Origin: a virus
Lineage: Duplodnaviria; Caudoviricetes
IMG/VR virus record: IMGVR_UViG_3300043416_000007
Coordinates: 1-35,321 of that record
Reading direction: 5' to 3' (one strand)
Length of the DNA stretch: 35,321 bases
This document shows positions 9,879 to 18,048 of this stretch, in pieces. The notes below the pieces were generated by a model. The model saw only the letters and a program-made list of their open reading frames with translations, searched no databases and had not been told where the DNA came from. Position 1 is the stretch's first letter, and each line of letters begins with the position of its first letter. The position numbers were made by a program, and so were the translations under genes.

Positions 9879-10533
9879 GCTCTGCCTTTTCCTTCTCGAT
9901 GTCGCGCATCATCCAGGTGTGATCGTGCTTAAACTCAAACGTCCCGATGTGGCCGATCTCTTTGCTCACGTCGTGGTCTATGTAGATTTTATACCCTGCC
10001 GCCTTCGCCTTTTGGCAGAAGAAAATATCCTCTCCGATGTAGCCTCGTGCATCGGTGCGCCAGGGAGTCTCAAACCAAGGTTCTGTCAGCTTCTCAAAGA
10101 CGTTGCGCTTAATCAGCATCACGCCCATGCCGATGCTGCCCACTTCCTCAATGCCGGTTGACTCTGGCATGGTGTAGATCAGTTCGCGCTTGCCATCAGA
10201 ATCGTACTTCTGCGCAGTCGGGCCGGTAGGGATGCGTCGGCGTGCGCAGTTGGTCGCCACTATGTCTAGGTCATGCTTTAGTAGGCGCTCTACCATGTCC
10301 TGCGGGAACGTCATGTCGGAGTCGATAAACAGGATATGGGTGCAGCCCTCGGCCATCGCATCCAGCGCCAGGTCGGCACGCTGGTTCTGTATTAGCGTTC
10401 CCTGCATGATTTTCAAACTCACTGCATCTGTCGTGTTCAGCGTGTGGTAGCAGACCATATTCACCAAGCAATAGGTAAAGTTGGCGTGGACCATGTCCCG
10501 CGCTGGGGTGCAGACTGCAATGTAGTTATTCAT
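9868..10533 (-). CDS. GT-A fold glycosyltransferase (GT2-like)
   Basis: HILFIDSD (DxD), G.GVMLIKR.VF, GEDIFFC, and D....IGH motifs. Confidence 0.8.
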   Translation of the reverse strand: MNNYIAVCTPARDMVHANFTYCLVNMVCYHTLNTTDAVSLKIMQGTLIQNQRADLALDAMAEGCTHILFIDSDMTFPQDMVERLLKHDLDIVATNCARRRIPTGPTAQKYDSDGKRELIYTMPESTGIEEVGSIGMGVMLIKRNVFEKLTEPWFETPWRTDARGYIGEDIFFCQKAKAAGYKIYIDHDVSKEIGHIGTFEFKHDHTWMMRDIEKEKAEHGT

Positions 10534-10844
10534 ACTTGTCCAGGTCTCGTTCTGAAAAATCTGTTGTCGGGGTCATTGAGCCAGCGTTTCATGTACGCCT
10601 GATCGTCCAGCTTGCCCTCGGCCTTGAGTTTGTAGTAGACGCCCTCTGGGATGCTGGCGACGTGATGCCACTCGCCACTCCAATTTGCGCGCTCATCTAC
10701 CTTATTGAAATCCGCCTTGTTTGCTTCAACAACTGCTGTGACATCCTGCTGAGTCTGAATTGTTGCCTGGCCGGTTTCATCGTTGAAATGCCAAAAGCGG
10801 GTGATACCCGCTTCCTTGTTCTCGTCAAATATTTGATTGTTCAT
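10530..10844 (-). CDS. conserved hypothetical protein downstream of the capsid gene
   Basis: HVASIP...KRWLNDPDNRFFRT. Confidence 0.8.
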   Translation of the reverse strand: MNNQIFDENKEAGITRFWHFNDETGQATIQTQQDVTAVVEANKADFNKVDERANWSGEWHHVASIPEGVYYKLKAEGKLDDQAYMKRWLNDPDNRFFRTRPGQV

Positions 10845-10849
10845 GCGTT

Positions 10850-10880
10850 AAAAAAGGGACCAGGTTGCCCTGATCCCTTC
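10850..10880 (-). terminator. Rho-independent terminator after the major capsid gene
   Basis: Minus strand GGGATCAGG-GCAA-CCTGGTCCC followed by T6. Confidence 0.85.
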
Positions 10881-10887
10881 AAGTTGA

Positions 10888-11850
10888 TTACGAAGTAATC
10901 AGGTCAGCAGCCAGACCGTGGGCGTTCTCGGCCAGCACCTTGTGACCCCACTCGACCAACAGCATACGCTTCTCAGCGTCGCCGGTCTTAGCGAGTTCAA
11001 TTTGCTGGTAAGGACGCAGCACAACCATCTTGGCGTACTCAGGATCGAGTACCCATGCGTCACGCTCACGTTGGAAACGGTTCGCAATAACGGCGACGGT
11101 TCCGAAGTCGCTGACGTAAAGATCAACCGCTCCAATCAATGTCGCAGGCTTTTCACCGCCATTGATGTTGAAACGGCTGGAGGCGATACCAGAGAAACCG
11201 CTGACGCGCTGCTTGTTAACAGGGCCGGTCATCAGAATCTTAGGCGAACCACCAGCAGCCCACACTTGCTGAATCACATTCTTGAGAATGGTCTCAGTAA
11301 AAGTGCGCACAGTGCCGTCAGTACGGGCGCTGTTTGGCAGCGTGGTGTACGACGGGTTAGTGCCATCAGTCTGCTTGTCTACGTTGGTCTTAACCCACGC
11401 GCCCAGAGATGCAGTACCGCGTGCAACGCTGGTGCTACCAGCAGCAGCCACAGCGCCGTTCAGCATGGTGAACTCTTGATCGCGTTTCAGTTCGGCGCTA
11501 CGCTTGGCAATCTGGTAAGCCAGTTCGCTGCGACGGCCAGCCTTGTTGACCACCTCTTCAGTCGCGGACAAGATGATGGTCTTGCGCGAAATCTGAGCGT
11601 AGTTTTGCAGGCGAACGGTTGCGGTAACAGCGTCAAAGGAGGCGACATCGTCACCCTCAATCTGCTTGTTAGCAGCGGCTGCCGCCAGGGTATCGCTTTG
11701 GAATTCAAACAGCGAATTGCTGATTGACTCACGCCCGATGTTGCTCATGTAAGGAGTTTCTTCGGGTGCGATATTGGTGATGATGTTGGACAGGTCTTCA
11801 CGGATACCTTTGGCGTCAAAGGTCGTGAAAGTATTGGTAACAATAGTCAT
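10888..11850 (-). CDS. major capsid protein (DUF5309/SU10-like)
   Basis: GIREDLS.II.NIAPEETP, NYAQI.RK, ELKRD.E, LAKTGDAEK; strongly biased codons; terminator downstream. Confidence 0.88.
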   Translation of the reverse strand: MTIVTNTFTTFDAKGIREDLSNIITNIAPEETPYMSNIGRESISNSLFEFQSDTLAAAAANKQIEGDDVASFDAVTATVRLQNYAQISRKTIILSATEEVVNKAGRRSELAYQIAKRSAELKRDQEFTMLNGAVAAAGSTSVARGTASLGAWVKTNVDKQTDGTNPSYTTLPNSARTDGTVRTFTETILKNVIQQVWAAGGSPKILMTGPVNKQRVSGFSGIASSRFNINGGEKPATLIGAVDLYVSDFGTVAVIANRFQRERDAWVLDPEYAKMVVLRPYQQIELAKTGDAEKRMLLVEWGHKVLAENAHGLAADLITS

Positions 11851-11857
11851 GGTGTAC

Positions 11858-12814
11858 TCACTTCAATAAAAGTTCAATTGCGGAGACCGCATCTTGGACG
11901 CGGCCACTTTTTGCAAGACGTTGTTTTGCACGCACTGACTCGCTTGTCGTGGAGACTCGACCCGCTGCACCTGGCTTGGCTGGTCTTGGGCCATTGTTGG
12001 TCACTGGCTTGATGTTGCCCCGCTTGGACATCATCTGTTCGTACAGTGCCGCTTTACGCAGCACGTTCACGACGCGGTGATCAAAAATGTTCTTCAGTTC
12101 ATCAGGCTGGAATCCCGCCTTCTGGCCGAATTCAATGAGTAGCGCCTTCTCTGCCTTGGCCTTGGCGGGGTCTTTCCACTCGGGTAGGACTTCCATCAAT
12201 CTTTCCTGCTCTTGAGCAAGAAACTCCTGCATAGACTGCGCCTGTTCCTGGCGTGAGATTTCTGCAAGACGCTGCTGTTCGCTCTGAATAGCCGCTGCCT
12301 TGGTTTGGTTCTCACGCACTAGCTCTTTCTGCCTCACCCACTCGATGGGGTCCTCTTGGTAGAGGCGGTCCCAATCGATCTGAGGCTCTGCCGCCTGCTG
12401 AACTTGCTGCTCCAATGCTCCTAACAATTGAGCGTACTGCGCACGCTCGGCGCGGATGGCCTGGCTCTCTTGCTCGACTTGCTTGCGCACCTCGGCAATC
12501 TGCTGGGTCTTCCGCGTATAGTCTTGAGTTCGTGAGTAACCTTGTTGGAGTTCGTCAAGCGTTACAGAAACTTCCTTACCGTCTACCTTGACGGTGAAAG
12601 TCTGCGGCTCTTCGATATCCTCTGGTTCCTCATCTTCCTCTGACTGTTCGGTAGGTGTTTCATCGTCCGATGCGTCTGCATCACCGGACAATTCTTCATC
12701 CACCGCCGCCTCAGTTTCCTGAGATAACGCCTCGTCGGGTAACTTTTCTCCGTCTTCCGGAAGTATCGCCGTGAGTGCCTGGACTGCTGCGTCCATATTG
12801 AGTGATTCTGTCAT
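11858..12814 (-). CDS. capsid scaffolding protein
   Basis: Acidic N-terminus, TVKVDG.E..VTLDEL..GY.R..DYTRKTQ, coiled coil; directly upstream of the capsid gene. Confidence 0.85.
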   Translation of the reverse strand: MTESLNMDAAVQALTAILPEDGEKLPDEALSQETEAAVDEELSGDADASDDETPTEQSEEDEEPEDIEEPQTFTVKVDGKEVSVTLDELQQGYSRTQDYTRKTQQIAEVRKQVEQESQAIRAERAQYAQLLGALEQQVQQAAEPQIDWDRLYQEDPIEWVRQKELVRENQTKAAAIQSEQQRLAEISRQEQAQSMQEFLAQEQERLMEVLPEWKDPAKAKAEKALLIEFGQKAGFQPDELKNIFDHRVVNVLRKAALYEQMMSKRGNIKPVTNNGPRPAKPGAAGRVSTTSESVRAKQRLAKSGRVQDAVSAIELLLK

Positions 12815-13062
12815 TTGTTAACCCGTTCTGCCGCACGCTGCGCCACTTTTGCGTTGTCGATGGACTTTGTCAGTTCATTCTTGAGGTTTTCAATTGACCT
12901 CAACATGGACCAGGCCATCTCTCGCTTTGCGGATTCTTCGGGTTTACTGCTCTTGAAAATCCAGAGTTGTTCGTTCTCAATCTTGCTTAGTGCCGTATTG
13001 AACGTCTCATCCTCTAGGAGTTCCTGGGCCTTTCGGCCCGAGCGAATTACTTGATCTGTCAT
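12811..13062 (-). CDS. hypothetical protein between portal and scaffold
   Basis: 4-bp overlaps with both neighbours. Confidence 0.8.
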   Translation of the reverse strand: MTDQVIRSGRKAQELLEDETFNTALSKIENEQLWIFKSSKPEESAKREMAWSMLRSIENLKNELTKSIDNAKVAQRAAERVNK

Positions 13063-15182
13063 GCCATTCCAGGTTGGTTGATGGTTGCCTCTCGATTCAT
13101 GCTGGTGACAGCTTGAATCTCAGCGTTGCTAATCTGTGCGTTGTACTTTAACTCAATTTCGTATTTCTTTAGTAGTCCATCCTGCGCCAGCTGGTCGCGC
13201 CGGAAGTCATCGTCACGAATCATCTGCTCCCGCTTGAGTTTTAACTCGGCGGCTTTCTTCTGAATGTCTGCCTCAATGCTCTTCGCCTGGACCTCGGCCA
13301 GCACCTCCTCCGGTGTCGGCTTGGGAGGTGGTGGGGCTGGCGGCTGGTAGTCGGCAGGGATGTTGTTAAAGAACTGGCTGGCATCCTTGAACCCGCTGAT
13401 TTCCACGATCTTGCGCAGGGTGCTGGCATACATGGACGGGCTTACCAGAGGGTTCTGAGCGCCGAGTTGCGTCAGCGCCTCCTGCTGCTTGCCGCTAATC
13501 ATCATCAGAGCCTGCAGGCGCTCGTTGGTGTCGCCGTTGCCCAGGCCGATGTTGATGCTCACGTCCATGTTGGCGTTCCAGGCACGGGGGTCAATCTCCA
13601 CGAACTGGTCGCGCAGGCGAATCATGCGGGGCTTGTCCTGGTGGGTCACCATCAGGAACAGGATGCCCTTGAATAATTTTTTCATGCCCTCGGCCATCAT
13701 CCGAGCCGTGAGTTCGATGCGACCCTGGGACGCGCTGATGGTAGCCGCCACCGCCGCCTTGGTGCTGGACTGCAATGCGTCGGCGTTCAGACCCATCGCG
13801 GCCTTGCTCATGCCGGTGCGGTCTTCCTTAATCTGGTCGATGTAGTCCAGCATCGGGAACGCGGCCTGGCCCACAAACGGGCTGGAGAACGGCTGCACCA
13901 TGCCAGGCGCACGCATACGAATGATGGCGCCGGTCTCGTTGTTCAGCACGTCATCCATGTTGACCTGGCCCTCTACCACGGCGGTGCGGGGATGGATCGA
14001 CTGCGCCAAAGAGTCCAGCGTGTTGCGCAGGATCTCGGACTTGATCTCCTGGATGTCGTGGGTGATGTCGAATATGGACATCGCCTCGATGGGGCTGGTG
14101 TGTGGCTCGGGGTCGCAGGGGAAGTCCACGAATGGGATGTAGGACGCCGGCAAATTGCGCACAACCTTGTAGCCGGAACCCATGCAGCAGATTTTCCGCA
14201 ATTCGGGGATGCCGTCACCGTCGTAGTCGATGCGCTCGTAGGCTTCGATGTACAGGACGCGCCGCTGCATAGGGTTGGCGCTGTCGGTTTGGCCGACGGC
14301 GGTTGCCAGCGGCTGGCGTGCTAGGTACTCCTCGTTATCGTCCAGGTCGGATGCGGTGACGTTGTCCAGCACCTCGTCCTCGTCGTATCCCATCGCAATC
14401 AGTTCTGCGACAGTCGCCATCTTCCGGTGCGCAATCAGGCTGCAATCGTCAAAAGAACGCGCTCGGCGGTCGATCAACAACTCCTCTGGCGGCACTGCCA
14501 TGATCTTGATGCGCCCATCCTTGGTCACGCGCTTGATCTGCACGTCGTGCAGCATGGGTGGCGGTGGCATTGGCATCATCTGACCCGTCATTGGGTCAAT
14601 CTGCGGCTGCATCGGAGGCGCGTCGGGGTCGGGGTAGCTGACAATAATCTTGACCTCGGCCTGCTCCTGCATCAGTATTTGCAGCGTCTGCTCATCCAGG
14701 CCGGTGAAATCGGTTATCTCCACCTTCTCGGAGTCCTCCCACCAGAACTTAGCAATCCCGCACTTCCGGACCAGGCTATCCTTGAAGATGGAGTAGGTAG
14801 ACATAAAACCGTTGTTGTCACGGTTAAATACGAAATTTGCGTAATCGGTGGCCTGCTTGGCGTACTCAACATCTGCCGGTGTCTCTGGCATATATTCGAC
14901 TGTGTTCTCACTAGAGAAAAACACCCGCATCAGGCTGGGCATCATGGCCGATACGGTGTCGCGCACCTCCATCGCCACTACCTGGGAGCGCCCGTCTTCC
15001 TCATTCCCAAACGGGTCACCACGGTAATAAGCAGTACCCATCGCCCGAATAGGCGAGATGTCGGAGTCGATGTAGCTAACGGCGTCGGTCAGGTCTTGCC
15101 CGATGATCGCCTCCAGTTCGGTGTCATCCATAGGCTCTTGGGCGGCCACGTCGGTGGTAATTGGCAATTCGTTCATGTTCAT
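13059..15182 (-). CDS. portal protein (P22-like podoviral)
   Basis: 707 aa; YYRG.PFGNEE.GRSQVV..EVRDTV; Q/P-rich helical C-terminus; position between terL and scaffold. Confidence 0.88.
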   Translation of the reverse strand: MNMNELPITTDVAAQEPMDDTELEAIIGQDLTDAVSYIDSDISPIRAMGTAYYRGDPFGNEEDGRSQVVAMEVRDTVSAMMPSLMRVFFSSENTVEYMPETPADVEYAKQATDYANFVFNRDNNGFMSTYSIFKDSLVRKCGIAKFWWEDSEKVEITDFTGLDEQTLQILMQEQAEVKIIVSYPDPDAPPMQPQIDPMTGQMMPMPPPPMLHDVQIKRVTKDGRIKIMAVPPEELLIDRRARSFDDCSLIAHRKMATVAELIAMGYDEDEVLDNVTASDLDDNEEYLARQPLATAVGQTDSANPMQRRVLYIEAYERIDYDGDGIPELRKICCMGSGYKVVRNLPASYIPFVDFPCDPEPHTSPIEAMSIFDITHDIQEIKSEILRNTLDSLAQSIHPRTAVVEGQVNMDDVLNNETGAIIRMRAPGMVQPFSSPFVGQAAFPMLDYIDQIKEDRTGMSKAAMGLNADALQSSTKAAVAATISASQGRIELTARMMAEGMKKLFKGILFLMVTHQDKPRMIRLRDQFVEIDPRAWNANMDVSINIGLGNGDTNERLQALMMISGKQQEALTQLGAQNPLVSPSMYASTLRKIVEISGFKDASQFFNNIPADYQPPAPPPPKPTPEEVLAEVQAKSIEADIQKKAAELKLKREQMIRDDDFRRDQLAQDGLLKKYEIELKYNAQISNAEIQAVTSMNREATINQPGMA

Positions 15183-15469
15183 TTCTTGTTCCTCTCGGAT
15201 ATTGCTTTGGCCTTGGCTCGCGCATCAGCCTTAGATGACGCACCCCAGGCTTTCAAACTCAGCAGCAAGCGCGTTGGCTCGCCATCTTTCATCTCAGCGC
15301 CTGGCATATTGCCCATTCTCGCAAGGAATGATGCCCTGCGCGGGTTATCGCCAGACTTGACCGGCGCTTTCAGATTCATACCCTCGGCCTTGGCACTGGC
15401 GCGACCCTTGGCGTTCAACCCGCCGCTGGGACTCTTTCCCTCTTTACGCTGCCACGCTAGTGTCTTCAT
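15179..15469 (-). CDS. small basic conserved phage protein (DUF6321-like)
   Basis: WQRKEGK.P.GGLNAKGRAS...RRASFLARM; ATGA overlap gives a start at 15469. Confidence 0.8.
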   Translation of the reverse strand: MKTLAWQRKEGKSPSGGLNAKGRASAKAEGMNLKAPVKSGDNPRRASFLARMGNMPGAEMKDGEPTRLLLSLKAWGASSKADARAKAKAISERNKK

Positions 15470-15981
15470 TTGATGCCCCAAAAATACAGGTCTCGTGGAG
15501 ACTGATTTTCGCTAAATTCATGCCGTGAAAACCTCTTGACCAACAAACCAAAGTGTCCGGCCTCCAGGTTCATGTAGTAGTCATTGGTAAAAGGCGCATC
15601 AGCCGGTGATGTTCTAGTTGTCCCATGCTCTTGCCTGCCAGTGGTCGCGCAGGAAAATACAACCAGACCGCCAACCCTGACCAGATCAACCATCTTGGAG
15701 AATGTCTTACGCCAGTGCCGGTCATGCTCAAAGCACTCGCACGATATGGCAACATCAAAATGTCCATCAGCATATGGCAACTCATGCCCTGCACAGACAA
15801 TGTCAACGCCCTTGCCTTCTCCTAAGTCGCAACCCACATACTCTTCAGTATTTACGAAGAAGTCGCGCACGCTGCCGTTAATGTTCAATGAACCAATCTC
15901 TAAAACCCGCCCACCCGCAAAAAACTCAGGGAATTGAGCCTTCACGCCACCGACAAAGTTGATCTGGGACTCGTGACTCAC
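15466..15981 (-). CDS. class I SAM-dependent methyltransferase (small molecule/glycan type)
   Basis: VLEIGS, YVGCD, FDVAIS.ECFEH motifs; no DPPY/PCQ DNA-MTase motif; GTGA overlap start. Confidence 0.85.
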   Translation of the reverse strand: MSHESQINFVGGVKAQFPEFFAGGRVLEIGSLNINGSVRDFFVNTEEYVGCDLGEGKGVDIVCAGHELPYADGHFDVAISCECFEHDRHWRKTFSKMVDLVRVGGLVVFSCATTGRQEHGTTRTSPADAPFTNDYYMNLEAGHFGLLVKRFSRHEFSENQSPRDLYFWGIK

Positions 15982-16673
15982 TTGAACCACTCCTCTGCAT
16001 AGTGTGGCCTATTCTGCAATAGCCACGGTATAGCCGCCCTGGTCAGGGTCTCACCATTCAATCCAATGGTCTGGCTGCCAACGTGATGCACATAAGACCG
16101 GCTCAGGTAATGACTAAAACCCGCTGCACGCAAGTCTTCGCAGTGGACATCGTCTGAGTACCAGTTCAGTGGTGGGAACTTAAAGCAGTCCCAGGCATCG
16201 CGGCCAATCCACGCGAATATAGGGCTAACAACCTCCATTGGAACGATGGCGTCCTCGTAGGGATACTTGAAATAGTGCAGCTTCTGGTTAAATGGATTAC
16301 TGCGGATGTTCTGCACCGGCCTGGCTGCATCGCAACGCGCAGAAACCCAGCCCACTGGCTCGCCGGTTTCAGCCTTTAGCTGCCGGACATCCTCCACCAG
16401 CATCCGGTAGCTGGTGGGCGTCAGGACAATATCGTCATTAGCGCAGATCACAGACTCAAAGCCATCAGCAAAGGCGCGGTCCATGACGTTGTTGTAATCG
16501 TCACCAAAATTGTGCGCTGCACCAAACACTTTTAGGTCGGTGTCAAAGCCGCCAATCACTGACTCTGGACCGCGCAAGTAGACAGGCACCTCGGGACAGT
16601 ATTCGGCAATACTTGCAAGCATCACCCGCAAACCCTTGCCATGCACTGTCGAGATGCAGATCGGTGAGATCAT
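15978..16673 (-). CDS. GT-A fold glycosyltransferase-like protein
   Basis: NFG..YN, ANDDIVL, WYSDD and YVHHVGSQT motifs. Confidence 0.75.
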   Translation of the reverse strand: MISPICISTVHGKGLRVMLASIAEYCPEVPVYLRGPESVIGGFDTDLKVFGAAHNFGDDYNNVMDRAFADGFESVICANDDIVLTPTSYRMLVEDVRQLKAETGEPVGWVSARCDAARPVQNIRSNPFNQKLHYFKYPYEDAIVPMEVVSPIFAWIGRDAWDCFKFPPLNWYSDDVHCEDLRAAGFSHYLSRSYVHHVGSQTIGLNGETLTRAAIPWLLQNRPHYAEEWFK

Positions 16674-16825
16674 TTCTTCTTTACTGGCTTGGCCGTCTTA
16701 GCCGCCTTACGAAAGTCGGCTGCGCTGGGCGCTGCCTTGCTGCCTACTTTGTTCATCTTCTCGCCGGAGCCAGCCGCGATCCGCTTCTGCTTGGCGTTGA
16801 TGTTTGCGTACAGACCTGGCTTCAT
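16670..16825 (-). CDS. small Lys/Ala-rich protein, 51 aa
   Basis: Not in the track: MKPGLYANINAKQKRIAAGSGEKM...AAKTAKPVKKK; ATGA overlaps at both ends. Confidence 0.8.
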   Translation of the reverse strand: MKPGLYANINAKQKRIAAGSGEKMNKVGSKAAPSAADFRKAAKTAKPVKKK

Positions 16826-17313
16826 TCCTCTTCCCCCTCTAGTTCCGTGTCCATAGACTCTTCATCGTCTCCACTGCCATCGTTCGGGCCTCCGACAACC
16901 CATGCATCGCACGTTCTAGTAGCTGCGCACTTGAAGTCGAAAATCTCACAATAGCCGAGGTCAGCGAGTCGTATAGTTCCCCAAGGGTCTGCTTCATTTC
17001 CAATTCCTTTCGCAATGCACTGCTTGATCGAGTCCTGCACGTTAAACGCTGCGCAGTTACCGCATACGCTCTTCTTCGCGTCATTGATGCTCACGTCCCA
17101 GGTATCTGCCTTCTTCTTCCAGTAGGCCGTGTTAGGCAGCGCGGGATTCTCAGGGCCATAGGCGGCAGTGGTAATCGCCTTCGCCCGATTCTTCAGATTC
17201 AGCACCACGTCCTGGGTAGGCATAGGACACTTCGCCACGTCCTTGGCAGGCGTCATCATCTGATTCATCGCCGCCTGGTACTTTGCAGGAACGTCGCGTG
17301 TTTGCGTTGCCAT
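16822..17313 (-). CDS. Cys-rich hypothetical protein (HiPIP-like Cys spacing)
   Basis: CGNCAAF...GYCEIFDFKCAATRTCDAW; GGAG RBS. Confidence 0.8.
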   Translation of the reverse strand: MATQTRDVPAKYQAAMNQMMTPAKDVAKCPMPTQDVVLNLKNRAKAITTAAYGPENPALPNTAYWKKKADTWDVSINDAKKSVCGNCAAFNVQDSIKQCIAKGIGNEADPWGTIRLADLGYCEIFDFKCAATRTCDAWVVGGPNDGSGDDEESMDTELEGEEE

Positions 17314-17331
17314 AGTGTCTCCGTGTATAAT
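17302..17331 (+). promoter_or_regulatory. putative sigma70 promoter for the HNH gene
   Basis: TTGCGT-N18-TATAAT (TATAAT at 17326-17331). Confidence 0.45.
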
Positions 17332-17362
17332 ATCGCTATATCAACTAATAGCGATTGAAGTT

Positions 17363-17875
17363 ATGAAAACAATTGAATGCTCATTTTGCAAAGAACAATT
17401 CAAGCCTAAAAGAAAAACAACGAAATATTGCGGTAGACATTGTCAGTCAAAGCATATCGCTATTCTATTTGGGAAACAACGATCTGAAAAACGCAAGAAC
17501 GGGAAAAATTTTTCATGTCTTGTTTGCTCTACTGAATTTTATGCTCCAGCCTATCGCCTTGAAACTGCCAAATATTGCTCTAGGAAATGCACCTCTATCG
17601 CTAATCCTGAGAACACCAAAAAAGCACAATTTGCAAGCCCAATAATGAAACGATCTGGCGTTTCAGAAAAGAGGAAATACGTTGTCATTACTGTTGATGG
17701 AAAGCAAATTCGTGAACATCGTCATGTGATGCAAGTTCATCTTGGTAGAAAACTGGAAAAACATGAGCACGTTCATCATATAAACGGCAACCCAATAGAC
17801 AACAGAATTGAAAACTTACAAGTTCTGACAAATTCAGATCATCAAAAACTGGAACTTAGCTTTTTTTCTGTTTAG
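17363..17875 (+). CDS. free-standing HNH homing endonuclease with two N-terminal Cys-rich Zn modules
   Basis: EHRHVM...HVHHING...DNRIENL; two CxxC..F...KYCxxxC units; AT-rich and antisense to its neighbours. Confidence 0.9.
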   Translation: MKTIECSFCKEQFKPKRKTTKYCGRHCQSKHIAILFGKQRSEKRKNGKNFSCLVCSTEFYAPAYRLETAKYCSRKCTSIANPENTKKAQFASPIMKRSGVSEKRKYVVITVDGKQIREHRHVMQVHLGRKLEKHEHVHHINGNPIDNRIENLQVLTNSDHQKLELSFFSV

Positions 17876-18020
17876 GCTTTACACCAGCAGAACTCAACGC
17901 AATAGCAATCGCCTGGCGCGGATTCTTCACGACGCGCTTGGTCATGCCAGAGTGCAGCTTGCCTGACTTGTACTCGCCCATCATCTTCGCAATCTTCTTG
18001 GCGGCCTTGTCAATCTTCAT
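17856..18020 (-). CDS. small basic protein (DUF6496-like), 54 aa
   Basis: Not in the track: MKIDKAAKKIAKMMGEYKSGKLHSG...QAIAIALSSAG; 3' end overlaps the HNH gene. Confidence 0.8.
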   Translation of the reverse strand: MKIDKAAKKIAKMMGEYKSGKLHSGMTKRVVKNPRQAIAIALSSAGVKPKQKKS

Positions 18021-18048
18021 AGATTACCCCTTCAGTTGGATGGCGTAA

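Noticed and set aside
10918-11727. 269-aa plus-strand ORF
   Set aside because: Antisense shadow of the major capsid gene
14427-15473. 348-aa plus-strand ORF
   Set aside because: Antisense shadow of the portal gene with biased codons; no motif
15466-15981. DNA methyltransferase
   Set aside because: Lacks DPPY/NPPY/PCQ catalytic motifs and is too short
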